Position numbers and translations under genes: made by a program
Notes under the pieces: generated by a model
What the model was told of the DNA's origin: nothing
What the model saw: only the letters and a program-made list of their open reading frames with translations
Databases searched by the model: none
Assembly (NCBI GenBank): GCA_009776725.1
Contig: WRNE01000004.1
Location: forward strand, 27,219-91,218
Reading direction: 5' to 3'
Length of the DNA stretch: 64,000 nt
DNA from: Coriobacteriia bacterium
Lineage (GTDB): Bacteria; Actinomycetota; Coriobacteriia; Coriobacteriales; UBA8131
Part shown: one piece after another, positions 1-9,314 of the stretch
Position numbering within the stretch: position 1 is the stretch's first letter
Layout: the number at the start of each line of letters is the position of its first letter

Positions 1-1485
1 TTGGCCTTCGTCTGCGGTCTTGGAGGCTCCCTGATAAAGGTCGATGGCTATATTAAAGTCTGGCAGGTCGGAATCATAGAGTCGAAAACAGCTGACATTT
101 GCCTGCTTTGCCCACTTGCTTTTTTGTTGCAGCACTTTTTGCAGTCGTTTTCGATAAGCCTCGGCAGACACCTGTACCTTGGCGAGCCTTTGCTTCTTTT
201 CTAGCTTATCTGTTTCGTCTATTGTTTGTTCAACTACGTCTTCATTGTCCTTATTTACTGCCAGCCCGTTTTGTTTGTAGGCTTGCCAGGTAAAGATCGT
301 TGCAGGCAAAGGGCCGTTCATGGTTTCTAAGCGTTTTAAGGACAGGTCACTGAATAGCGGGCTTAGGTAAGCCTCCACTGAATCGCTCGAGCTGATGACG
401 CTAGCAATGATCTTGTCTTGGTTTGCTGACATGATTTTTGCCAATGCTGAAAATAGGGCAGGAAGCTGGGCCTCGGTGAGCATTCGTTGGCCATATGGAG
501 GATTAGTGGCCAAGTGTGCCTGTTTTTTGCTATACAGCCGAGGAACGCTAAAACCCATAATGTCTTGCTGCTTGAATTCGATCAACTGTAAGACGCCTGC
601 CTTTTTGGCGCTTTGCTCGGCTACCTTCAATACCTCTCCGTCAATATCACTGGCTAAGATCGGTTTAATCGTCAATAAGCTTAAAGCCTCGTTTTGCTTT
701 TCGGCGCGTTCGTCGGCTTCGTCTAGAATATACTGCCATTTTGCTGGATCGAACTGCTTCCACCCTGTAAACCCCCAATAATCACGCAATAGTCCTGGTG
801 CACGGTCTGCTAAGACTAAAGCAGCCTCGATAGCCACTGTCCCTGACCCACAAAAAGGATCGATCAGAAAGCTCTGATGAGCGAAGCCTGCCTCGTTTGT
901 CCAACCGTTGCAAAGGACCAAGGCTGCAGCTAGGGTCTCCCTTAAAGAAGCAGTCACTGACCTGCTAGCCTGTCGGTAACCACGACGGTGAAGCGGCTCA
1001 CCAGAAAGGTCAATGGCCACGGTTGCCCTATCGTTTCTCAAGTTTATGTTTATGACGACATCTGGCCTGTCTCGACGAACATCCGGCCGCCTGTCTAAGA
1101 CATCGCTAAACCTGTCTACAATTGCGTCTTTGACACGAACAGCAATGAATTGGCTGTTCTTTAGGTTCTCATTCTTGCCATGGGCGTTTACGACAAAACT
1201 GGCCGAGGGCAAAAGATGCTCTTCCCATGTTATCCCTTTGATGCTCTCATATAGGCTTTGTGAATCGCTAGCCTTGACACGGGCGATGACAAGCAAGACC
1301 CTGCTGGCGGTCCTTAGCCACAAACAAGCCCGGTAAGCATCTTCCATTGTGCCAAAGAAAGCAACACCGTTTAACAGTGTGCGTGGTTTTTTTATACCGA
1401 TATCTTTCAGCTCGTCAGCAACGAGAGACGACAAACCCTGGCCACAAGTAACAAAGAACTCCAAAACGACCTGGTCTTTAGGCAT
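1..1485 (-). CDS. rlmL: RlmKL-like bifunctional 23S rRNA methyltransferase (THUMP + class I SAM-MTase modules); C-terminal part runs off the window
   Basis: Absent from the ORF track. Hand translation of the minus strand from ATG (1485..1483) is open for all 495 codons to position 1. It reads MPKDQVVLEFFVTCGQGL..., DPFCGSGT (SAM motif I), NPPYG (motif IV), then ...CFRLYDSDLPDFNIAIDLY, typical of the start of the second MTase module. Confidence 0.8.
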   Translation of the reverse strand, partial: MPKDQVVLEFFVTCGQGLSSLVADELKDIGIKKPRTLLNGVAFFGTMEDAYRACLWLRTASRVLLVIARVKASDSQSLYESIKGITWEEHLLPSASFVVNAHGKNENLKNSQFIAVRVKDAIVDRFSDVLDRRPDVRRDRPDVVININLRNDRATVAIDLSGEPLHRRGYRQASRSVTASLRETLAAALVLCNGWTNEAGFAHQSFLIDPFCGSGTVAIEAALVLADRAPGLLRDYWGFTGWKQFDPAKWQYILDEADERAEKQNEALSLLTIKPILASDIDGEVLKVAEQSAKKAGVLQLIEFKQQDIMGFSVPRLYSKKQAHLATNPPYGQRMLTEAQLPALFSALAKIMSANQDKIIASVISSSDSVEAYLSPLFSDLSLKRLETMNGPLPATIFTWQAYKQNGLAVNKDNEDVVEQTIDETDKLEKKQRLAKVQVSAEAYRKRLQKVLQQKSKWAKQANVSCFRLYDSDLPDFNIAIDLYQGASKTADEGQ

Positions 1486-1581
1486 TACTCTATATTCTCT
1501 TTAAGCATCTATTTAACCTCTTCAGACCAGTCTCACTGTCGTTTTCATACATTTGAGTTTATTTTAACAGTTACCTGCCTT

Positions 1582-2412
1582 TCATTGGGTTTTTTGGCAG
1601 GATTTACAATAATAGACCGTACCACCTAGATATGTCTCTTTGGTCACGCTTCCAAAGCATTCGGGGCATGCATTATCCAGTGCGAACCTACTCATTTTTG
1701 TCGTATATCCGCCTTTTTCGCCATAAAGGTCCTTCTCTGTATCGCGCCCTCCACAATCAACCATTTCCTGTAGTGTTTCCTTCACGCTAATGAATAATGC
1801 CTGAACCTCGTCTTCTGTGAGCGAGTTGATCTTTCTTTTCGGGTGGATTCTCGCGTTGAACAGAATATCTTGCAAGACGCCGTTGCCTAGGCCAGGGATT
1901 CGCTGTTCGGTAGCCAAAAACGCTTTTGCTGAAAGCTTTGTTGTTTTTTCGTCGATCAACGAATTGAAATAGTCCTTGTCAAACCCCTCTGCAAGTGGTG
2001 ATATGGCTGTCTTTGCTGTCATATAGAACTTGTCCTCATCGTTCTCCCCGGGGTAGAAGCACATAAACATGCCATACATAGCAACTGTTCCAAGCAATGC
2101 AGATCCGTCTTCAAACCCGACGAATAATTGATGTTTATTTGGAACCATTTCACCTGCAGCATAATGTCTAAGAACAGCTCCTTCCCCGAAATTCAAGAGA
2201 CAGTCGCCGGCTACAACCTCTACACGCCCAGCCATTGGATATGCGTCAAGGATGCTTTTTCCAACCAGCTTGGCAGGGTATGCACTGGGATCCTTGTAAT
2301 ACCAGGCAAATTTGTGGGGGCTTTGCGCTGCAATGACCTCGACGATCTTTTTTCCTTGGTAGATATCAACAAACTGCCTTGACAATACAACGGCTTCTGG
2401 AATTTCAATCAT
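1582..2412 (-). CDS. Fpg/Nei-family DNA glycosylase homologue (H2TH + zinc finger) with a non-canonical N-terminus
   Basis: 276 aa. MIEIPEA aligns with the family N-terminus MPELPEV. H2TH-like RIPGLGNGVLQDILFNARIHP; C-terminal CPEC...CKSC zinc finger. Confidence 0.75.
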   Translation of the reverse strand: MIEIPEAVVLSRQFVDIYQGKKIVEVIAAQSPHKFAWYYKDPSAYPAKLVGKSILDAYPMAGRVEVVAGDCLLNFGEGAVLRHYAAGEMVPNKHQLFVGFEDGSALLGTVAMYGMFMCFYPGENDEDKFYMTAKTAISPLAEGFDKDYFNSLIDEKTTKLSAKAFLATEQRIPGLGNGVLQDILFNARIHPKRKINSLTEDEVQALFISVKETLQEMVDCGGRDTEKDLYGEKGGYTTKMSRFALDNACPECFGSVTKETYLGGTVYYCKSCQKTQ

Positions 2413-2499
2413 TGCTGCTCCTCCTGAATATATTTATGCAATACTCGTCTAACTATCGAATCGTCTTCGTCAAATAAGAGGATCGAAGGCCTTTTTAAC

Positions 2500-3270
2500 T
2501 CAAGCGCTAAAGCCTTCCACGACCCATGTGCCGCTTTTCTCGTCTTTATGCATTTTTATCAAGCCATGGTCCTGCGCTTCTTCTAGCAGGCGCGTAAAGC
2601 TACGGTACCCGTATGCAGCCTCTGTGAACTGGGGTGCCTTGCGACGTATGGCGTCCTTAATCATAGACGAATGCATAGTTTCTACGTTCTCTCTTTGCAA
2701 GGCCTCGATACTGTCGAACAGCAGCTCATAGGCTTTGCGTTTTTCACCAGACAGGTTGTCCGGAATTGTTGGTATATCAGCAGCCACACCAATATCCTCA
2801 TAAAAGATAAACTCGTCGCAATTCACTGCCAAAAGCTCACTGGTAGACTCTCGCATTCCCACGCCTATGATAGTCTTGCCGTTTTCTTTTAACCTTGAGA
2901 CGAGCGGAGTAAAGTCTGAGTCCCCAGACACAATCACGAATGTATTGATAAAGGCATTGTTATGGCATAGCTCAATGGCATCGACAGCCAGCCTGATATC
3001 TGCAGAATTCTTGCCGGACTGGTTGTTGTCAGGTATCTCTAAGAGGTCCACGCCCAGTCCATGCAGGTAACTGACAGCTTCTGGAAACCTTTGCCAGTCG
3101 CAGTAGGCACGTTTTGCGACGATTCGGCCTTTCTCCAAAAGACGTTCGAGGATCTTTCCGATGTCGGGCTGGAACAGTGTTTTTCTCCTTCCACCATTGT
3201 TTGAGTTCATTCCTAAAGCCATGTTTTCGTAATCAATAAAAACTGCTATTGAATTATCAAAATCGGGCAT
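2500..3270 (-). CDS. NYN (LabA-like) domain protein with C-terminal OST-HTH/LOTUS domain
   Basis: 256 aa. IAVFIDYENM..., SADIRLAVDA..., VIVSGDSDFTPLV (NYN acidic motifs). The C-terminal ~70 aa resemble OST-HTH. Confidence 0.7.
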   Translation of the reverse strand: MPDFDNSIAVFIDYENMALGMNSNNGGRRKTLFQPDIGKILERLLEKGRIVAKRAYCDWQRFPEAVSYLHGLGVDLLEIPDNNQSGKNSADIRLAVDAIELCHNNAFINTFVIVSGDSDFTPLVSRLKENGKTIIGVGMRESTSELLAVNCDEFIFYEDIGVAADIPTIPDNLSGEKRKAYELLFDSIEALQRENVETMHSSMIKDAIRRKAPQFTEAAYGYRSFTRLLEEAQDHGLIKMHKDEKSGTWVVEGFSA

Positions 3271-3315
3271 CTTTTTCTCCTGTTGTCATGTTTGTAATAA
3301 TGGGCATAGTTTGCT

Positions 3316-4425
3316 TCAATTATCTGAAAAGTACGAACTTGTTGACGGCCCTAGACCGTCTCCCTCTGGGTCTGGGTCAAACCCAAACTGGCCATATCCA
3401 TATTGGTCGAAAGAATTGTCATCCTCAAACCATTCGTCTTGAGGGTCTTGTTCATCCTCGTCAAGATCGTCGTCGCTTCCTTTTTCGTAAACATCGACAG
3501 CCTTTTCAGCCAGGCTCCAGTCGAGATTGAAGCGCTTTGAGTTCTTCTCGTCATAATATGCCAATGCGATACTGGTAATGCCTCTTCGATCGTCGCCAAT
3601 TAGTTGGAGAAGGTCAAACAACTGTTGGTACGTCTCTAAAGCAGGCAATGGCAGCTTTGCTTCTTCGGCAGCATCCAAAGCAAGGTTTAGCTCGTCCAAA
3701 AAGGCTCCCACATCGATGTCGGAATCAAAGCTTTCATTGATTATTTGCTCTCCATAATTGCCAGCAATGCCTTTAACAGGGCTTTTGCTGTCTGCTAGCA
3801 AGCTCAACATGAGTGACTTTTCTACACCGTTTGAACTGGCAAAGGCCAGGCTTTCAGTCAAGCCGATCAAGCTGCCAGCAAGCGAAATGGTCGATGCCAG
3901 CCTAACTGCATTTGCTGTGCCTGGTAAACCGGTGACTATCGTATCGTTTGACAGCACGTCAATTATCGGCTGTGCTTTTTTAATGCTCCCGTCCTCGCCA
4001 GCGACAAAAAGCCTATGCCTGGCCTTAGCGTTCGGTTTTACCGCACCGATGATGTTTGCCTCTACATAGTCATGGTCGTGAACGGCAGCCAGAGCATTTA
4101 AATCCTTGGCTGATCGAGGCCCAATCGTGCTCAAGTCGACAAAGAGGCTGCCTGCCTCGGCAACTTCTAGGATACCGCCCTCGGCCATATAGGCATCCTC
4201 ATCGTCTTGTTGGTTGTCAAAGACAGTGAGCACTGTACCGGTTTGGCCCAGTGCATCGCCGATAGTAGAAACAAAGACAGGGTCCTTGATAGATAATTTA
4301 TGGCCGACATGCAAATTGCCTTTAATGCTTCGGTCACAACATATGGGGATAAAACCACCCTTTTGAAGAAGCCCTGCTATCGCCAAACCTTGTTCGTTGT
4401 TATAGACGATTGCTATTCTTTCCAT
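3316..4425 (-). CDS. 3-hydroxyisobutyrate/6-phosphogluconate dehydrogenase-like protein with degenerate Rossmann motif and acidic C-terminal tail
   Basis: 369 aa. The central and C-terminal region resembles the HIBADH helical domain. The N-terminus IAIVYNNEQGLAIAG lacks a clear GxGxxG. The last ~70 aa are D/E-rich. Confidence 0.45.
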   Translation of the reverse strand: MERIAIVYNNEQGLAIAGLLQKGGFIPICCDRSIKGNLHVGHKLSIKDPVFVSTIGDALGQTGTVLTVFDNQQDDEDAYMAEGGILEVAEAGSLFVDLSTIGPRSAKDLNALAAVHDHDYVEANIIGAVKPNAKARHRLFVAGEDGSIKKAQPIIDVLSNDTIVTGLPGTANAVRLASTISLAGSLIGLTESLAFASSNGVEKSLMLSLLADSKSPVKGIAGNYGEQIINESFDSDIDVGAFLDELNLALDAAEEAKLPLPALETYQQLFDLLQLIGDDRRGITSIALAYYDEKNSKRFNLDWSLAEKAVDVYEKGSDDDLDEDEQDPQDEWFEDDNSFDQYGYGQFGFDPDPEGDGLGPSTSSYFSDN

Positions 4426-4477
4426 TTAACCACCTGTCAACTTGCTTGGTTTCTTTAAGACTCTTGCCATTGTTTGC

Positions 4478-5446
4478 CTATCCCCGCAAGCGTGCTTTTA
4501 ATGCTTCGGAACGATTGCTAACAGCATTGGCTATTCTATCGGTTAACGACACATTCTCACGTCGGTCTTGGCCCCAAAAGCTAATGGCGATCATATCTGG
4601 CCCGACATGTGCTCCGATAACCGGGCCAATCGAGCTGGTTATTATGGCTGGCGGCTTGCTTTCAGTATTCTTCAACAGCTGTTCTGTCATTTGCTTTAGC
4701 TCTTTTGGGGAGTCAGCTGAGGCAACAATCACAACATTTGACTCTTCTGGCCGAGAAATCTCGTCGTAGTATTGAAGCAACAGTTTTATTGACTTCTTGC
4801 GGCCTCTAGCAGCAGCACATAGCTTTAGCTTGCCTTCAAGGTCAATTGTGATGATCGGCTTGATATCCAAAGTGGTGCCTGCTGTTGCAGCAAAATCCGG
4901 TATTCTCCCCCCACGCCTTAAAGACTCAAGGTCAGGGACAGTGAAGAATGCATTGACATAATAGCGTGCCTCCTCAGCCCAGGCGACAAGCTCTTGTGCG
5001 CTTAACCCCCTGTCAGCCTGACGGACTGCTTCCCAAACTAGCAGCCCTTCAGCTATCGAAGGCAACAGGGTGTCTACCACGTACAACTCTGCATCAGGGT
5101 ACTTTTCCAGGGTCTCATTGCAGGCTTGTTGCATCAACTCGTAGTTACCCGACAAACCCGAGGTGAAACATAAAAAGACTGTCGGAAGTTGTTCTTGGAC
5201 AGCCTGCTCGAAGACCTCAAGTATGTGTGCATAGGGAATCTGCGCTGTTTTTGCCTGCTCGCCTTTGCGAAGCCTCTCATAGAACTGATGAGCAGTAGAC
5301 GCCTCATAGAGGTCATCGAAATACTCACCGTCATCCATCAGATACGGAAACTTCATCAAGCCAATGCTAAGAGATCCGTATAAGTCATGTGGCAGGTCAC
5401 AACACGAGTCTGAAACGATATTTATCTGGCGTGTTTTAAAATTCAA
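4478..5446 (-). CDS. DegV family (fatty-acid-binding) protein
   Basis: 322 aa. INIVSDSCCDLP N-terminus and overall DegV-like layout. Confidence 0.8.
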   Translation of the reverse strand: MNFKTRQINIVSDSCCDLPHDLYGSLSIGLMKFPYLMDDGEYFDDLYEASTAHQFYERLRKGEQAKTAQIPYAHILEVFEQAVQEQLPTVFLCFTSGLSGNYELMQQACNETLEKYPDAELYVVDTLLPSIAEGLLVWEAVRQADRGLSAQELVAWAEEARYYVNAFFTVPDLESLRRGGRIPDFAATAGTTLDIKPIITIDLEGKLKLCAAARGRKKSIKLLLQYYDEISRPEESNVVIVASADSPKELKQMTEQLLKNTESKPPAIITSSIGPVIGAHVGPDMIAISFWGQDRRENVSLTDRIANAVSNRSEALKARLRG

Positions 5447-5505
5447 TAGTCTTCCTCTCGTATACCAATCGCTGGCGTCAGGTTTTTAAGCATCCTCGAT
5501 TCACA

Positions 5506-7053
5506 TTAGGCGGTTTGCGCTTTACTGGCTCTCATCATCCTATTGATAGCATTTAAGTAAGCTTTGATACTAGATACAATTATGTCCCCGTCCGCTGCTC
5601 TTCCAATGAATGGAATCCCATTACTTGTCTCAATACGTACCATAACCTCTCCCAATGCGTCTATACCTCTCGTAATTGACATTACCGAGAACTCCATTAG
5701 CTCAATTTGTTCTTTGATAATTTGGTCTGCAGCTTTATAAGAAGCATCAATCGGCCCTGTGCCTGTAGTTGATGCAATATGCTCTACCCCATTACTGTCA
5801 ATGAGCACGAGCAAAGCCGTAGCAATTAAGGGATACCCGCAATTGACTTGCAATGTTTTCAATGTCCATAAGGCCTCAATGGACCTACCGTATTCATGCA
5901 TTAATGCTTCTAGGTCCTCATCATAGACGAAACGCTTTCGATCAGCCATCTCAATAAACCGGTCATATATCTCTTCCATTTGCCCTGGACCATCTGGAGA
6001 CAAACCTATCTCAGCCAACCGCTCCGATAAAGCAGCCCGGCCGCTTCGAGCGCTGAGTAAGATTTCATTGTTTTTTATACCTACTGTCTCAGGGTCAATG
6101 ATCTCATAAGTGTCTCGTTGCTTTATTACTCCATCTTGATGAATGCCACTGGAGTGAGTAAACGCGTTTGCGCCGACTATTGATTTATTGACTTGCACAC
6201 GAATACCGGTGATTTGACTTACTAGCTTCGAAGACCGAGACAGTTCCTCGGTTATTATGCCAGTATGCATTCCTAGTTCCTTGGAATGCAGCTGTATCGC
6301 CATAACCAGTTCTTCTAAGGCAGCATTGCCTGCTCGCTCTCCAAGGCCGTTGATAGTGCATTCGACTTGGCTTGCACCATTTCTTAAGCCTTCAAGAGAT
6401 AAAGCTGTGGCTAATCCGAGGTCATTATGACAATGCACTGCTATTTGCACTCTTTCAATACCAAACACTTTCTGCTTAACCTCTGATATCAGTTGCCCGA
6501 AAATATAAGGAAGACTATATCCTGTAGTATCAGGAATATTAACTACTGTAGCACCGGCTTGGATTACTTCCTCTAATACACTGATTAAAAAGCCAATATC
6601 AGCTCGTGCAGCGTCTTCTGCATAGAATTGCACGTCCTCACAATATTCCTTTGCCAAGCCAACAGCAAAAACTGCTTGTTCTTTCACTGTGTCTTCTGTG
6701 GATCTCAGCTTTCCATATATGTGTTGTTTACTGACACCTATACCAGTATGGATGCGTGGATAAACAGCATGTTCTAAAGCTTCTGCACATGCCTTGATAT
6801 CTTTTTCGACAGCTCTTGACAGTGCGCATACGACTGCTGCATCCCCTACTTCGTGCACAACAGCACGCACACTTTCGAAATCACCAGGGCTTGATATCGG
6901 AAAACCAGCTTCGATAACATCCACTCCTAAACGCAGCAGTTGTCTAGTAATCAATACCTTGTCTTCCCTGTTCATGCTAGCTCCAGGCGACTGTTCTCCG
7001 TCACGCAAGGTTGTATCAAAAACAGTAATCCTTCTATTACTTATGTCATCCAT
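5506..7053 (-). CDS. leuA: 2-isopropylmalate synthase
   Basis: 515 aa. VFDTTLRDGEQSPG, HCHNDLGLA, HSSGIHQDG motifs plus a C-terminal LeuA dimerisation/regulatory domain. Confidence 0.9.
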   Translation of the reverse strand: MDDISNRRITVFDTTLRDGEQSPGASMNREDKVLITRQLLRLGVDVIEAGFPISSPGDFESVRAVVHEVGDAAVVCALSRAVEKDIKACAEALEHAVYPRIHTGIGVSKQHIYGKLRSTEDTVKEQAVFAVGLAKEYCEDVQFYAEDAARADIGFLISVLEEVIQAGATVVNIPDTTGYSLPYIFGQLISEVKQKVFGIERVQIAVHCHNDLGLATALSLEGLRNGASQVECTINGLGERAGNAALEELVMAIQLHSKELGMHTGIITEELSRSSKLVSQITGIRVQVNKSIVGANAFTHSSGIHQDGVIKQRDTYEIIDPETVGIKNNEILLSARSGRAALSERLAEIGLSPDGPGQMEEIYDRFIEMADRKRFVYDEDLEALMHEYGRSIEALWTLKTLQVNCGYPLIATALLVLIDSNGVEHIASTTGTGPIDASYKAADQIIKEQIELMEFSVMSITRGIDALGEVMVRIETSNGIPFIGRAADGDIIVSSIKAYLNAINRMMRASKAQTA

Positions 7054-7109
7054 TTGGTATCTGCACTTCCTGTGAATAAAGGATTTCTTAGTAGAAACAT
7101 TTATATTGA

Positions 7110-7550
7110 TTACTCATTTAGAAATGACCAAAAACTGTCATACTCATCTTGTTTGACTCTTAACAACAATTTGCGCATTTCGATATCATTCTCGCTTTTG
7201 ATATCTTCTCGTACATTTGTTCTATTTTTGTACTCTGTTTTGCTTTCTTCGCTTTTATTAATAGCAACTAATGCTTCCTTGTCATCTGTAGATATTTCTG
7301 CTTTTAAAAGTACATTTATTCTATGTATCCTATCCGTTATAAACCTTACTTGTTGAACTAAGTCTTTACTGACTCGTAAAACATTTTGTATTTGTTTACT
7401 AATCTCGTCTCGAAGGCTTTGGTTTTTTGCCACTGTATAACCAACTACAAATGAAACAAATAGAATGCCGCTAACAGTTGATATTGTTTCGCTTCTTTTA
7501 CTGTTTTGGCTATCGTTCTCAAAAGTAGATTTAGGTATCTCTTTACTCAT
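7110..7550 (-). CDS. hypothetical membrane-anchored coiled-coil protein
   Basis: 146 aa. One hydrophobic helix (ISTVSGILFVSFVVGYTVA) followed by K/E-rich helical sequence. No recognisable family. Confidence 0.5.
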   Translation of the reverse strand: MSKEIPKSTFENDSQNSKRSETISTVSGILFVSFVVGYTVAKNQSLRDEISKQIQNVLRVSKDLVQQVRFITDRIHRINVLLKAEISTDDKEALVAINKSEESKTEYKNRTNVREDIKSENDIEMRKLLLRVKQDEYDSFWSFLNE

Positions 7551-7565
7551 ACCTTTCTTCTTTCT

Positions 7566-8480
7566 TTATGATATCGGTGCTTCAAATTCGATCGAACTAT
7601 TTGTTTCGAGTTGACTATTCTCTATTAAGTCAAATATTCTTTGCAAATCATCTTCGTCCTTAAATTCAATTTCAATTTTGTTCTTTCCTCGAACTGTAGT
7701 TACTTTTACAGATGTCTCCAATTTTTGACGAAGCTTTCTTGCAACAATCTTATATGACCTTGGAGAGGCAGCTCTTTTCGCTCTTTCCAATCCGTTTACT
7801 CCATACAGCCTGGCAAGTGTTTCAGTCTCACGGACAGATAGGTTTTCGTCTACGATTTTATTAGCCAGACGAATTCTTCCATCTTCGTCAGGAATTGAAA
7901 GAATGGCTCTACCATGACCAGCACTTAACTTACCATCAAACATTAGTTCTTGAATTTCATCAGGTAGGCTTAACAATCTCAATGCATTTGAAATTGTGGC
8001 TTGGTTTTTGGAAACTGATAAAGCAATCTCTACTTGCTTTTTCCCGGAGATATCAATAAGCCTTTGATAACCACGGGCTTCTTCAATCGCATTCAGATTA
8101 TCCCTCTGTAGGTTTTCAACTAAAGAGATCTCTTGAGCTTCAATATCGTTAACTACGACAATTTTAGCAGCAATTGTTTTATATCCAAGCTTTTTACATG
8201 CTTGCCAGCGACGTTCACCGGCAACTATTTGGTACCCAGAACCTTCAGGCCGAACGATGATTGGTTGAAGCAAGCCATCCTTTTTTATCGATTCTTGTAA
8301 CTCAGCAAGTCTTTCTGCAGAAAAATCTATTCTTGGTTGGTTTGGGTTTGGAGTAACCTTGTCAATTGGTATCTCGGTAAAATCAATATTAACCCCAGAC
8401 TCTGCATCAGCACTTACTATTAGTGATCCCAGTCCTTTTCCTAAGCCTCGCCTTTGTCTGCTGTTTATATTATCTGTCAC
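7566..8480 (-). CDS. parB: chromosome partitioning protein ParB/Spo0J
   Basis: 304 aa. GLGKGLGSL, LLQPIIVRP, QIVAGERRWQA (ParB box), HTH region. Overlaps the parA stop by 11 nt. Confidence 0.92.
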   Translation of the reverse strand: MTDNINSRQRRGLGKGLGSLIVSADAESGVNIDFTEIPIDKVTPNPNQPRIDFSAERLAELQESIKKDGLLQPIIVRPEGSGYQIVAGERRWQACKKLGYKTIAAKIVVVNDIEAQEISLVENLQRDNLNAIEEARGYQRLIDISGKKQVEIALSVSKNQATISNALRLLSLPDEIQELMFDGKLSAGHGRAILSIPDEDGRIRLANKIVDENLSVRETETLARLYGVNGLERAKRAASPRSYKIVARKLRQKLETSVKVTTVRGKNKIEIEFKDEDDLQRIFDLIENSQLETNSSIEFEAPIS

Positions 8481-9264
8481 GTTTAATCACTTCCTTTGCA
8501 AGATTTCTATAAGCTATTGCCCCCTGGCTTTTAGATGCATAATCAAGTATTGATTGTCCATGACTGGGAGCTTCTGCTAATTTTACTGACCTAGGAATCA
8601 CAGTTTCAAAAACTATATCCTTAAAATATTCTTTGACTTCATCAGCAACTTGTCTGGCCAAAACTGTCCTAGCGTCAAACATCGTTAAAACAACACCAAA
8701 TATCTCTAGGTTTTGATTCAATCTAACTTTGACAAGTTTCATTGTGTCAAGAAGTTTTGACAATCCTTCTAACGCAAAGAACTCACTTTGTATTGGGATT
8801 AGCAATTTATCAGCAGCCATTAAAGCATTCACTGTCAACAAGCCCAAAGAAGGAGGACAATCGATCAAGACATAATCATAATCATTAAGCACAGGAACTA
8901 GAAACTCTTTTAACCTGGCTTCACGCGCAATAACATTTGCTAGCTCAGGTTCAGCTCCAGCCAATTCAATTGATGCTGGTAGTAACGAGACCCCTTTGCA
9001 GTCAGTATTTATTATTATCGATGAGGCTTGCTCCTCATTAATAATACCGTCATATACACTTAGCATTCCAGCAGTCTTTTCTATGCCAAAACCGCTTGTC
9101 GTATTTGCTTGAGGATCAATATCAACAACAAGAACCTTTTTATTGTTTTCACCGAGCGCAGCACCAAGATTGATTGTTGTTGTAGATTTTCCAACTCCGC
9201 CCTTTTGATTAATAATAGCTAATACAAGAGTTTTTCGGTTAGAGTTCTTTTGAGTTGCAATAAT
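8470..9264 (-). CDS. parA: chromosome partitioning ATPase ParA/Soj; start inferred at a non-canonical ATT
   Basis: The track ORF (8470..9066) starts at an internal Met. The same frame stays open upstream through the deviant Walker A (AIINQKGGVGKSTTTINLG) to an in-frame TAG at 9280..9282. That stretch has no ATG/GTG/TTG. AAAGGAGGTGG precedes ATT ATT at 9264..9259. Confidence 0.8.
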   Translation of the reverse strand: MIATQKNSNRKTLVLAIINQKGGVGKSTTTINLGAALGENNKKVLVVDIDPQANTTSGFGIEKTAGMLSVYDGIINEEQASSIIINTDCKGVSLLPASIELAGAEPELANVIAREARLKEFLVPVLNDYDYVLIDCPPSLGLLTVNALMAADKLLIPIQSEFFALEGLSKLLDTMKLVKVRLNQNLEIFGVVLTMFDARTVLARQVADEVKEYFKDIVFETVIPRSVKLAEAPSHGQSILDYASKSQGAIAYRNLAKEVIKRDR

Positions 9265-9298
9265 CCACCTCCTTTTACGCTAAATCCAGTATAACAAA

Positions 9299-9314
9299 CT
9301 TTTCACGTGAAAAG
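9299..9314. other. parS centromere-like site (perfect 16-nt palindrome CTTTTCACGTGAAAAG)
   Basis: The central 12 nt TTTCACGTGAAA are identical to the core of the conserved parS consensus tGTTTCACGTGAAACa. It lies 35 nt upstream of parA. Confidence 0.7.

Noticed and set aside
1-1336. Four plus-strand track ORFs (1..204, 99..293, 395..781, 1013..1336).
   Set aside because: All lie antisense to a continuous 495-codon minus-strand frame with clear RlmKL motifs. Their translations are low-complexity, with no recognisable motifs.
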